Assembly (NCBI RefSeq): GCF_006345805.1
Contig: NC_043000.1
Span: forward strand, 54,622,001 to 54,686,000
Source of the DNA: Octopus sinensis
Taxonomy: Eukaryota
Length of the DNA: 64,000 nt
Direction of reading: 5' to 3'
The notes below the pieces were generated by a model. That model made no database searches. It was not told the DNA's origin and saw nothing but the letters and a program-made list of their open reading frames with translations. Below, piece after piece: positions 25,792 through 38,221 of this stretch; the first letter of the stretch is position 1; each line of letters opens with the position of its first letter. The translations under genes and the position numbers were made by a program.

Positions 25792-26801
25792 AGGTCTATA
25801 TATATATATGTATGATAGATATATATATATATATATATATGTAATATTATATATATGTATATATCTATATATATGTGTGTCTATATATATATATATTATA
25901 TTATGTAATATATATATATATGTATTATATATATATATGTATATTATATATATATATAATGTATATATATATATATGTATATATATATGTAGATTTATAT
26001 ATATATGTATATAGATATATATATATGTAGATATATATATAATATATGTAATAGATATATATATATATGTATAGATATATATATAGTATATATATATGTG
26101 TATATATTAGATATATATATAATATATATATATATATATGTTAGATATATATATATATATAGTATATAATATAATATATATGTATATATATATTTATATA
26201 ATAGAAAATATATATGTAATAGATATATATATATATATATTATATGGATATATATATAGATATATATGTTATATATATATATATATGTTATATATGATAT
26301 AGATATATATGTATGTATATATATATATATATATATAGTATATATATATATATAGATATATAGTATATATGTATATATATATATATAGATATTGTATATA
26401 TATATATAATATATAGATATAGTATATATATATATATCTATATTATATAGATATATATATATATATATAGATATATATATGATAATATAATATAGATGTA
26501 TATATCATATATAGATATATATATATATATAATAGGTATATATATATATATAGTATAGATATATAATATATAATATATATATATATGATGTATAGAATAT
26601 ATTAGAGATATGATATATATATTATAGATATTATATATATGATCTATATATATATAATATATATATATATATATCTATATTATATGTATATATATATTAT
26701 ATATATATAATGTATATATATTATATATTATATGTATATATATATATATAATATATATATATATAAGTATATATATATATATAGATATATATATATATAT
26801 A
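25395..26801. repeat. ~1.4-kb degenerate (TA)n tract
   Basis: Direct inspection; irregular interruptions may be consensus noise. Confidence 0.95.
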
Positions 26802-26852
26802 TTAGTGTAGGAAGAAATGGAGCTGAACGAAGATTTAACAAAAAATTCCTTT

Positions 26853-26937
26853 TATATCTACATATGTTTCAAAGGCTGCAAAGTCCCAAATTCGGATTGA
26901 ATAAGGAGACATTTTGCAGCCTTCTCTTCAGGAAAAT
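26853..26937 (-). ncRNA. Type I HHR, left arm
   Basis: AUUUUC-CUGAAGA-GAAGGCUGCAAA..UUUGCAGCCUUU-GAAAC AUAU GUA/GAUAUA; stem I 3' side weakened. Confidence 0.7.
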
Positions 26938-27115
26938 CCAGGAACTTAATTCTCCAACAAAATGACACGGCAAGCTTTTCGACAAACGCTCGCGAGGAGC
27001 CCATGGGATAAATGGCCATTTATCCCATGGGATAAAGTGCCATTTATCCCATGGGCTCATCGCGAGCGTTTGTCGAAAAGCTTGCCGGCATTTTGTTGGG
27101 AGAATAAGTTCCTGG

Positions 27116-27199
27116 ATTTTCCTGAAGAGAAGGCTGCAAAATGGTCTCCTATTCAATCCGAACTAGGGCTTTGCAGCCTTTGAAACATATGTAGAAAAT
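27116..27199 (+). ncRNA. Type I HHR, right arm (intact)
   Basis: Stem I AUUUUC/GAAAAU (6 bp), core CUGAAGA and GAAA, 12-bp stem II, stem III AC-AUAU-GU; cleavage after A27193. Confidence 0.9.
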
Positions 27200-27270
27200 A
27201 ATAAAAAAAATTTTGTTAAATCTTCGTTCAGCTCCATTTCTTCCTACACTAAATATATATATATATATAT

Positions 27271-27331
<61 letters not shown>

Positions 27332-28924
27332 CTGTGTCTATGTATGTATATATATACGTGTATGTATATATGAATGTGTGTAAATGCATGTATATGTATG
27401 CGTGTGCTTGTGTATGTGTGTGTGTATTTGTGTGTGTGTGTGTGTGTGAGTGAGTAAATGTATGTCAGCGTATGAGCCGCATGTGAGAGGATGTGAAGTA
27501 AGTGTGGTATAGATATCCACAGTTGCTTTGATAAGAAATTAATATCCAACTCCTTCGTTTAGGGTTGGTTACTCCTGTGTGTAAAGGAAGCTATAAGGAC
27601 GGTACTCATCGAGATTCTATGGAAATAGAAAGGCAGATAAAAGCAAATTAGTTTCATGTATATATTTACATAGATGCAAATATAGGTATGGGATAACGAA
27701 GCAAAGTAAACGAAATGAGATTTATTATAGTCTTTTCTTGTCTACTCTATCGCTAACGTCATGGCTTATACCTTAACAATGTCCATACGTATTAGAATTC
27801 CATGATTTCGTGCGTGTATATTTTAACGCAAATTCCTACAGATTTATTAAACGAAGCAATATCATCCATAGCGGAAGAAAATGGCATATTACAGGCTACG
27901 CATCAATTTTACTTACACAAATACAAATAAAAGAAACAACAAATCTTCACTTACGTATATAAACAAGGAGAACACAGAAGACAAAATCTAGCAGTGGTTA
28001 CAACACAAACATTCACAGACGCACACAAACCAACTCACCTTAAACGCTATGATTCAAACGATAACTAGCTATTCAATGGATTATTCACGCATCTATAATT
28101 AATTAAAGAAAAATATCAGTAAGGCATAAAATCACATCCATCCATACTGACGAAATAAAAATTCCAAATACATTTCCTGATCTACTCATCCTTTGATATA
28201 TTCACGAAGTCACGCATTTAGTAAGTGATTTCAAAAGAAAATCCTTCACTAACTCATGTTCGCACAGATACACATAAGCAGAATAACCAAAATTGCACAG
28301 TTAAAAAATATATATTAACAACAAAATAACAAAACTAATTTAACAATGTCAACAAGCTACATCAAGGAAACATTCATTCACGACCAAAAATAAAATTCCA
28401 GATATATTAACAATCAATCATAGGCAACTACTTATAATATTAGAAACCCATCAATAAATAAATATGTAATTAATTAATTTTACAGATAACTCCCATCGCA
28501 CAACAATATTCTTTTGTCTTGAGAAAAGGTAAAATTTCCCTTGTAGATCGTTTCTACAATAGCAACAATACTTACAAGAATAATCCGATACATACCAAAA
28601 CAACCTACAAAGCTGAACAAAAACTAACATATAAATTCATAACAAGGAACAAAGTAATGCATATTCTCCTCTCATCAATATGTAAATGCAAAATATTCCC
28701 CACAACATTATACATAACAAATAACACGATAAATAACAAAAGCAAGAAGTTTTCGGGCTCAAAAAGAATTTATATCCTAAAGAAGGAATATTAATAAACC
28801 ACCAATGACAAGGTTAAAAGTTCTTATCGTAAGTTCAATGCGGCCTAAAGTCGAGTCTCTAGATAGATAAGCATTCCGATTTCTTATGTGTGTCTGATAG
28901 TACAGTTTGTATGGTATTATCACT

Positions 28925-29150
28925 ACGAATTAAAGGTGATGAGCTGGTGGGATCGCTAGCATGTCGGGCAAAATGCTTAGTAGCAATTCGTTTGTCTTTA
29001 CGTCCTTAGCTCAAATTCCTCCGAGATCGAATTGGTCTGTCATCCTTCAGAGTTGATAAAATAAGTAACGGTTAACTATTGATGTCGAGGTAATCAATTT
29101 ATCTCCTCTCTCAAAATTGATAGGCACGCGCCAAACTTGGAAACCATTAT
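28925..29150 (+). mobile_element. Degraded CORE-type SINE
   Basis: GAGCTGG..CTCAAATTCCTCCGAGATCGAATTGGTCTGTCATCCTTCAGAGTTGATAAAATAAGTA is the reverse complement of the 42587-42954 family. Confidence 0.55.
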
Positions 29151-29577
29151 TAGTATGAAATTACAATTAAAGAACAATTTTGAAATTCCGTATATAAAGT
29201 TATCGTAGTTTTCTAATTCAAAGATCCAAAAGTATTTTTACATGAATTTAATTTGCATTGAATTTACTTCATAGACAAACTATTGTAACTTTCAGACAAT
29301 AATGATTTCAGTCATCAGAATAATAAGTACAATTTTATTTACAATGTGCATAATATAACTTTAACTCTATATTGCACTAATTAGGAAGAGAACATATGAG
29401 TAAAATCATAGCCTCTATTCTGTCGATGGATTGCTTGAAAGATATATCAAATGTTAAGCACAAAGAGAGTAGAATGTCTTCGAAATGGAATAATATAGAT
29501 TTCATAATTAATCAGATGGTAACAGTTCAATATACTTTGAGTATATAGTTGTTCAACCTCAAATTTCAAGTAATTGA

Positions 29578-29656
29578 AATGATAATAATAATAATAACAA
29601 CAACAACAAAAATAACAATAATAATAATAACAATAATAATGATAATAATAATAATG

Positions 29657-29738
<82 letters not shown>
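29578..29738. repeat. (AAT)n microsatellite
   Basis: Direct inspection. Confidence 0.95.
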
Positions 29739-29740
<2 letters not shown>

Positions 29741-30042
29741 GACTAAACCAAAGTGCAAAACTCTGTTGAGATCTTCTATCGAATATAGTGACAAAAATCA
29801 CTCATTCACACTCTACATTGCATTGTATACATTATATACAGAGTCTTGTGGAAGAGATCATTGAATCGTTAGTAAATATACTGGACAAATATACTAGTTT
29901 TATACACTACTTTTCACGTTTGAATAAACGGTTGCTCTGTACGAAAATCGAGGACATGAAAAATTTACATACCAAAGTATATGATTATGTAAAGTCATTT
30001 TTGTCTCTGTGTGTGATAATGCGCACGGGTGTATGTACACAC

Positions 30043-30094
<52 letters not shown>

Positions 30095-30158
30095 ATATAT
30101 GCATATATATATATGTATAATATATATATATATATATATATATGATATAAATATATAT

Positions 30159-30257
<99 letters not shown>

Positions 30258-30533
30258 GCTGAGTCTGTTTTTAGGAGACTCGCTTCGAGAGTGGCATCTC
30301 TCGCGTTCCGTGCAATGTGATTATCATAGTAGTTTTGACTTTAAGAGTCCCTCCTAGCGGGAGGCATTTATGTATAGTAATGCCCTTAATATATATAAAT
30401 ATATTTATAGGGAATAAGTAATAAATTTTTCCCTTATGAGATTTTTCACGCTAACCACTTGATGAATTCTTATAAAGATTTTATCCCATATGTAAATATA
30501 ACATATATATATATATTATTATATATATATATA

Positions 30534-30941
30534 CTCTTACTCTTTACTCTTTTACTTGTTTCAGTCATTTGACTGCGGCCATGCTGGAGCACCGCCTTTA
30601 ATCGAGCAAACTCGACCCCGGGACTTATTCTTTGTAAGCCCAGTACTTATTCTCGGTCTCTTTGCCGAACCGCTAAGTAACATGGACATAAACACACCAG
30701 CATCGGTTGTCAAGCAATGCTAGAGGAACAAACACAGACACACAAAGACACACATACATATACATATATATACATATATACGATAGGCTTCTTTCAGTTT
30801 CCGTCTACCAAATCCACTCACAAGGCTTTGGTCGGCCCGAGGCTATAGCAGAAGACACTCGCCCAAGTGCCACGCAGTGGGACTGAACCCGGAACCATGT
30901 GGGTGGTAGACAAGTACTTACCACACAGCCACTCCTGCGCC
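30534..30941 (-). mobile_element. Near full-length tRNA-derived SINE
   Basis: Minus strand GGCGCAGGAGTGGCTGTGTGGTAAG..GGTTCAGTCCC (A/B-box-like), internal (TA/CA) tract, 3' tail GAAACAAGTAAAAGAGTAAAGAG. Confidence 0.85.
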
Positions 30942-30946
30942 TATAT

Positions 30947-30980
<34 letters not shown>

Positions 30981-32094
30981 ATAGGTGCACGCGTGACTGC
31001 TTTAAGAAGTTATATTTCCAAACATATTTCCGAGTCATAATGCGTGGGACCTCCGGCTAGTGTCCTTTTTTTGGAGTCGATAATATAAGGCTCACCCTTC
31101 CGCTTTGTCTAAGGTGACCGATATGCTACCTTAGATAGGAAAAAGGAATCTAACTTTCCCCACTTTAACTCTTATAATTTCGGTTAAACTTTATTGTACA
31201 ATTGTCTCAACGGAATGGATTTAAATGCTAACGACTTTTTATATTTGTTATGAGTACGAATGACGTTCATAGAGAATACATTTTTGTCTCATTGTATTAG
31301 ATATATAAGCACAATTGCGTATAACTTAAATGTTAAAGAAATTAATATAATAGTCTTCAATGTGCGTTAAAGAATACTTAACTAGTGGAAGAAAAACAAA
31401 TGTAATGAAGAATTATAAATAACTCGATGGAAAAACCATTAATCAGTGCAAATTGCAATTGATAGATGGCTTCCATCTCATACAATGACTCATAGATACA
31501 GAGTTCCCTTTTTATAAATGATTTGATTTATTCACAATTGATAAGCATTTTTCTTTATCTCTTATTTCTGGCACCATTTATTGATGTGATTACTTAGATA
31601 TGCTACTTTCATACACATAAATGTGTTAAATAGGACTCGAGAGATTAAGTATGCATATAAATATATATATACATATATATATATGTATATGTGTGTGTGC
31701 ATGTGTGTGTGTGTGTTCACGTATTTATATATATGTTTAATACGTATGTATGCATGTATATGTGTATATATATATATGTACATATGCTATGCATACAAGA
31801 ACACAGTCATATACATTCATATATAAGAATTTATATATATGTCTATATCTATATCTCTGATTATCTACCTGCCTTTCGCTGTCTCTCTCGGTATTTATGC
31901 ATAAATAGTTGTGCATAAGTATATATGTGCATGCATGTTTGTGAGTGTGTGTGTGTGTGTGCGCGAGAGAGAGAGAGAGAGAGAGAGAGAAGTAGTACTT
32001 GAAAGTAGCAACTTTTGTATCATACTTCATGCAAGTACAGACGGAAGCCAAATACAGTCTTTGTAATCTCAAATTTTAAAACAAACTGATAATT

Positions 32095-32258
32095 TTCTTG
32101 TTTTCTTAGACATTCTCTTCAACAGTACTTGTGCAAAACCAAATATATGACCCCCTAGTCATAACACCTGCATGAACTTCTAACTTGTTGTCTCTTGATG
32201 TCTCTAGGTGAGACTTGGAGTCAACTTGTACAAATACAAAGCAAAAGTCAAACATATA

Positions 32259-32260
<2 letters not shown>
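32095..32260 (+). mobile_element. Probable non-LTR retrotransposon 3' end (R4/Dong-like) running into an (AAT)n tail
   Basis: Unique sequence ends ..GCAAAAGTCAAACATATAATAGTAATAAT directly at (AAT)n, next to an R4-like coding fragment. Family assignment is from recall. Confidence 0.4.
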
Positions 32261-32295
<35 letters not shown>

Positions 32296-32300
32296 TAATA

Positions 32301-32338
<38 letters not shown>

Positions 32339-32369
32339 AATAGTAATAGTAATAATAATAATAATAATG

Positions 32370-32419
<50 letters not shown>

Positions 32420-32456
32420 AGTAGTAGTAGTAGTAATAATGATAATAATAATAATA

Positions 32457-32518
<62 letters not shown>

Positions 32519-32540
32519 TATAATAATAATAATAATATTA
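32261..32540. repeat. Compound (AAT)/(GAT)/(AGT) microsatellite
   Basis: Direct inspection. Confidence 0.95.
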
Positions 32541-32544
32541 ATAA

Positions 32545-32832
32545 CCCTATTAATGGACTAAGGAGGAAATACCAACACCGGCTAGACGGACGTGGAAGTT
32601 GATGACTCTGTATGAGGCGCTACACCCTAAAGCAAAAGTTAGCAGACTGTATATGAAAAGAATGAATGGTAGCAGAGGACTAATTAATATAGATCATTGT
32701 ATAAGGAAGGAAAGGAGATTGCTTGCCGAGTATTTGGTAAATAGTGACAAAGTCCTGCTGCAATATTCCGTGAAAGATATGGGTGTAAATGCAGATGAAA
32801 TGATGGACAAGGAAGAGTTCGTCCTTAGATAA
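32545..32832 (+). pseudogene. R4/Dong-type (RLE-clade) non-LTR ORF fragment
   Basis: LMTLYEALHPKAKVSRLYMKRMNGSRGLINI matches the post-RT motif LHP....RLY..R..GGRGL. Confidence 0.7.
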
Positions 32833-33405
32833 TAGCTTTTATAGACATTCTGCGTTATAAATCAAGAAAACAATAATCACCAGCAGATGTAACTCGTTCA
32901 GTAGCAGTGGTGCTATTGCTATGTGCACATTTCTGAGTTGTGGATTTAGTCAGTAGCAAGCACCGATTAGTAACAATGGAGTAAGATAACATCCACTGTC
33001 ACTATTATAGAAAACAGCGATCGAAAAGTTACTGATTTTGAAATTAGCCGGCATGCTGAATAAGATTCGTTATACGCAACAAGAACAGTAACATAATAAC
33101 ATTATATCCAGCAGGCGGCTGTTATTTTTCAAATACTGTTTTGCTATATAAGCGATGCTGGATATTGTCTTAGAATGCTTTATATGTCTTGGAATGCTGG
33201 ATATTGTCTTTGAATGCTACTTGCTTTTCTCAAAACCGAAAACACCAGAAATCATATCAAGTAACCCCAAAAATGTGGCTTGACCATTTTTGTCTGCTAT
33301 TGATCGATTTTGCAATTTAAAAGAGTGCGTCCTTTAATTTTGATTTCGGGAACGTATTTTCAGAAGTACGATATACAGATTGCTATCATACATTTGCCTT
33401 TGCAT

Positions 33406-33482
<77 letters not shown>

Positions 33483-34149
33483 TATATTATATGTGTGTGT
33501 GTGTGTGTGTGTGTGTGAGTGTGTGTGTGTGTGTGTATGAACACTAGATGATATAGAGAGATTTAGTTGACAATCCAATAATTTATTTATATTATAAAAT
33601 AACGTAATATACTATAATATAAGGTAAAAATCATTAAAAACACAAAAGATCCAACATTTTGTTTCGACTTATATACATTTTTTAAATTTATAAACTATTC
33701 TGTTCACTTATATAAATCCCACCAGAGCTATGGTTTAGAGATAGACAAAATTCCCTGAGAAAGGACAGCTGGATTGTAAAAAAGTAATTCAAATGCTAAT
33801 GTAATATGAACGTGAGCGTTAACTTTTCAACCACATAACAATTTCAATTAAAAAACAACAAAATTATAAAGGCAAAAAATAAGTATGTAAATAGAATCTA
33901 CAACTATCGAAATATATTGCTATACATCTGAAATAATATACATCGTATTATCTTTTTTTTCGTTAATTGCTTTACTCGCTCGCTACACGATAAAATCTTA
34001 TATAGATTTTTATCCTCATATTTTATTTACAAAATAAAGATAATCATTTTCCACGACATTCTGCCAACGATGTGCAAGCTTTCGGATTTGCTCAAAGTAC
34101 CAACCCTTCGGCTTTGAATCGAAAGGTTCTTGACAGGCTTCTTCAACTT

Positions 34150-35635
34150 ATTATCCCAGTTTTCAAAAAGGGAAACAAGTCCCTTGCAGTGAATTACCGT
34201 CCGATCTCACTCACCTCTCATATCATCAAGGTATTTGAGAGGGTGGTGAGATCTCGAATAACCCAATTTCTGGAAAGCAACGGACGGCTGATCTCCAACC
34301 AACATGGGTTCCGTAATGGAAGGGACTGCCTAACGCAGCTCCTGCATCACTTTGAGGACATTTTGAGAGCTTTGGGAGAGGGCTCCAACACCGATGTCAT
34401 CTACCTTGATTTCAGTAAGGCCTTCGACAGGGTCGAAAAAACTATTGAAAAAACTATCCAACATTGGTGCCTCTGGAAAGTTACTGAAATGGATCAAGTG
34501 TTTCCTGACAGACAGATCTCAACATGTTGTAGTTGAAGTGGTAAAATCAAGCCCAGCCAAAGTCAGTAGTGGCGTTCCGCAAGGCACTGTGCTGGGCCCA
34601 CTTCTTTTCATCATTTACATTAATGACATTAATGACATCATCAAGCACAGCAACATAAAATCTTTGCAGATGACTCCAAGCTACAGAAGGTCATAAATGA
34701 GGCGAGTGACCGGACATGCCTTCAGTCAGATCTACTGGCTGTTATCCAATGGGCAGAAAAAAACAATATGCTGCTGAACGAGGATAAATTTGAGCTAATC
34801 CACTTTGGAAAAGAGGATGCCCTGAAACTCCATACTCCCTTCCTTCAGGTGAAACTCTCGCGGCGTCCAACAACATCAGAGACCTGGGAGTAATTGTGGA
34901 CAACAACATAAGCTGGGCCACTCATATAAACACCAAAGTTGACATGGCCCGCAGAATGTGTTCTGGATTCTCAGAACTTTCCAGTCGAGAGATATCCACA
35001 CCATTCCATCTTCTCTTCTCCACTTTTGCCCGACCCCACCTTGAATACTGTTGTCCACTGTGGTCTCCCCACACAATACAAGGTATCATACAAATTGAAG
35101 CACCTCAAAGGGCAATCACAAAAAAGATAGATGGCATGACAGGCCTCGACTATTGGGGTCGACTAGAAAAGCTAAAACTCTATTCTCTCCAACGTCGTCG
35201 TGAGCGCTACATCATCTGCATGATGTGGAAAATATTCCATCAGCATTGCCCAAATGATGTTGGCATCACCTTTAAGGTACATCCAAGGCTTGGGCCCCGT
35301 GCCATCCGCCCAAAACAAAAATCGCACTCTCATCTCATAACAACAATACGGCACAATTATTTCACCTCAATTGGCCCCGCTCTCTTTAACATTATACCAA
35401 AACGCATTAAAACAGAAACTGACCCTATAGGGTTCAAGAAGTCTTGGACAGATTCCTCAAGAAATCCCGGATAAACCCCCTACACCCGGATATGTCTCTG
35501 TAAACAATAACTCTCTACTTGAGTGGGCCATAGTGCCCAATTCTGACTTGAAATACTTCACCAGGTGGTGCTATTAAGTTAGACATGGCCTGGGCCAATA
35601 ATGGCCGAAACCTATCAAAGTATCAAAGTATCAAA

Positions 35636-35636
<1 letters not shown>
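34150..35636 (+). mobile_element. 5'-truncated CR1-type LINE (RT pseudogene with 3'UTR and (TATCAAAG)3 tail)
   Basis: IIPVFKKG..NYRPISLTS, QHGFR..R.CLTQLL, VIYLDFSKAFDRV, SGVPQGTVLGPLLFIIYINDI, IFADD, RPHLEYCCPLWSP; frameshifted; 8-nt tandem tail at 35613-35636. Confidence 0.92.
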
Positions 35637-35687
<51 letters not shown>

Positions 35688-35697
35688 ATATATACAT

Positions 35698-35740
<43 letters not shown>

Positions 35741-35832
35741 GTATGTATGTATGTATCTAAGTATATATATACACACTCAAGCGTATGCCTAATTTGTACG
35801 AGCAGCGAACTGAAACAAGTAAAACACACAAC

Positions 35833-35865
<33 letters not shown>

Positions 35866-36000
35866 TATATATATATATTTGTAAATTAAATATGAGGATA
35901 AAATTTATATAAGATTATATCGAGTAGCTAGCGTATAAACCAATTAAGGAAAAATTAATACGAGGAATATATTTTGTCGTTATATATAAAATGCATTATA

Positions 36001-36272
36001 ATATTAATGGCTATTACTGTGCGCAAAGGCCACACGCTTTAATGGGACTACTTAAAACTACTTCAATAAGTACACAGACGCGCTGACATCGTGTAAGAGA
36101 AATTCCTTCAAAAACAAATGATGAGTGGAGTACATGGCAATACATGGTGACCACGAATTCATTAATGGTATGCGACTAAACCGTATTTTTATTGAAGGAC
36201 TTTCTCCTAGTTTTCATTCCCTCGATATCGAAGCATGTGTAACTTTTACGCACAGTAAGAGTCCTTAATATT
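36001..36272. repeat. ~270-bp segment bounded by imperfect ~40-bp inverted repeats
   Basis: AATATTAATGGCTATTACTGTGCGCAAAGGCCACAC versus the reverse complement of the end, AATATTAAGGACTCTTACTGTGCGTAAAAGTTACAC. Confidence 0.55.
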
Positions 36273-36305
36273 ATAATGTGTGTATATATTTATATATATA
36301 ATAAT

Positions 36306-36541
36306 AATATTAAGGAATAAATCCAAACTTGAAGGGAAAAATTAGATTTAGGATTAAATCGAAATTTATAGTATAAATATATTATATTATATTATATTAA
36401 ATTAGAGATAAAACCACAATTAGGCAAATCAAACGGTGAAAAACATAAGCCAATACGTATAATTCATTTAAAATATAAAAGTTAAAAATAAAAAATTATT
36501 TAAATAATTTGAACTTATAAATTTTATATATATATATACAG

Positions 36542-36575
<34 letters not shown>

Positions 36576-36586
36576 TATATATATAT

Positions 36587-36619
<33 letters not shown>

Positions 36620-37981
36620 AACGGGCTCTTACAGTCGGCTTTTCGATGCCCCCATTGGCGGCGTTACACTTATCTGGCCTTTAAATAGCGTTTATAATAA
36701 TACCGGCACCCATAGCCCCTGGTAACAAATTCTGAAATAGCCTTTAAGATATCTACGATTAACCACTGCAAGGGGAATTACTCCTGTAAGACAAACGGGG
36801 CTTGGTTTTTCACAGCGGGGGGTTTCCTTGACAAGGCAGGCTTAGATGAACACACACACACATAAAACATAATATATATATATAATTTTTTTATTTTTTT
36901 CTTTCTGCCACCCAACGGTTATCACGGCAGTAGCCACTGACAGCCGAACGATCAAACGCACACACGTACACAAAAATGTTTTCTACCCCTACGCCAACAC
37001 ACACATATATAGAACAGTATACACACACACACACTTCTCTAAGTAGATTTTTTCTCGCCCCTTATAAAACATCCAATATTTTTTAAATAGTCAGAACTTT
37101 ATTCTCGGTCACAAAGAACATCTATACACCCTCACCCACATGATTGACCGATGCCTGACCCGTTGAATTCTTCAGCCACCGGTTCTCACATACACTGATA
37201 AACAGTTTCGCCATGGGCTCTTAGGAGCACAGTTCGATTTGTTTTTTGCTCCGCCTCTGTTCTGTTTTTGTTTTTCCAACGGATTTCCTTTTTTCTTCCT
37301 GAAGAGAAAGACACAATATGGTCCCATTATTCAATCGGATTTTGGTAATTTGTGCCTTTCGAAACACGTGTAGAATGAAATAAAATGATTTCTGTTCAAT
37401 CTGCGTTCAGCTCCATTTCTTCAATTCACCAATAATGTTTTAATTTCAATTATCCGCACCAACGCACGGTTGCAACGCCAGATGGTTGTACCTCCAACCG
37501 TGCTGTTTACTGCTGTGATTTTTGCTACTAAGGTATCGGTTAAACTTTTGATTAATCTACTACAGGATTATTCATCTTTCTATTTCACATAATTATATAT
37601 ATATATATGTATGTATGTATATTTTTATATTTATATATAATTTTATTTATTAATTAATTAATTTATTTATTTATATATATATTTTTTTTTAAATATCAAA
37701 AGTATTAAAAGTTTAATAAAAGATAGTTTTAATAATTTTGATATTTAAAAATATATATATTTATAAATAAATTAATTAATAAATAAAATAATATCTAAAT
37801 ATAAAAATATACATACATACATACATATAAACATATATTTGTATATATATATAAAATTTATAAGTTTAAATTATTTAAATAATTTTTTATTTTTAACTTT
37901 TATATTTTAAAATTAATTCTATGTATTGGCTTATGTTTTTCACTGCTTGATTTGCCTAATAGTGGTTTTATCTCTAATTTA
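36306..37981. repeat. A-B module at 36306-36458 with inverted B copy at 37923-37981
   Basis: B (AATTAGAGATAAAACCAC..CATAAGCCAATAC) and its reverse complement bracket ~1.5 kb. Confidence 0.75.
37293..37379 (+). ncRNA. Type I HHR, long-stem-II family (intact core)
   Basis: UUCUUC-CUGAAGA-GAAAG A CACAA..UUGUG C CUUUC-GAAAC ACGU GUA/GAAUGAA; cleavage after A37372; loop II homologous to the 27116 copy. Confidence 0.85.
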
Positions 37982-38106
37982 ATATAATATTATATTTATA
38001 TATATATATAGAAGTGTGTGTGTATGTATGTATGTATGTATGTAATATATATGTATATATATATACATATATATAAACATATACATGTATATATATATAC
38101 ACACAT

Positions 38107-38137
<31 letters not shown>

Positions 38138-38176
38138 GATACATTATATATATATATATATATGTACATGGGTATA

Positions 38177-38221
<45 letters not shown>

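Larger units (their letters stand above)
26802..27252. mobile_element. ~450-bp fold-back (palindromic) element with an HHR in each arm, embedded in (TA)n
   Basis: 26802-27027 is the reverse complement of 27028-27252 with few differences. Confidence 0.9.

Noticed and set aside
28000-28800. A-rich stretch resembling an old PLE RT
   Set aside because: Only a weak SFDI-like match; no convincing run of motifs.
36620-37260. Odd mixed-composition segment with an HHR-like fragment
   Set aside because: Looks like low-quality consensus; the motif is too degenerate.
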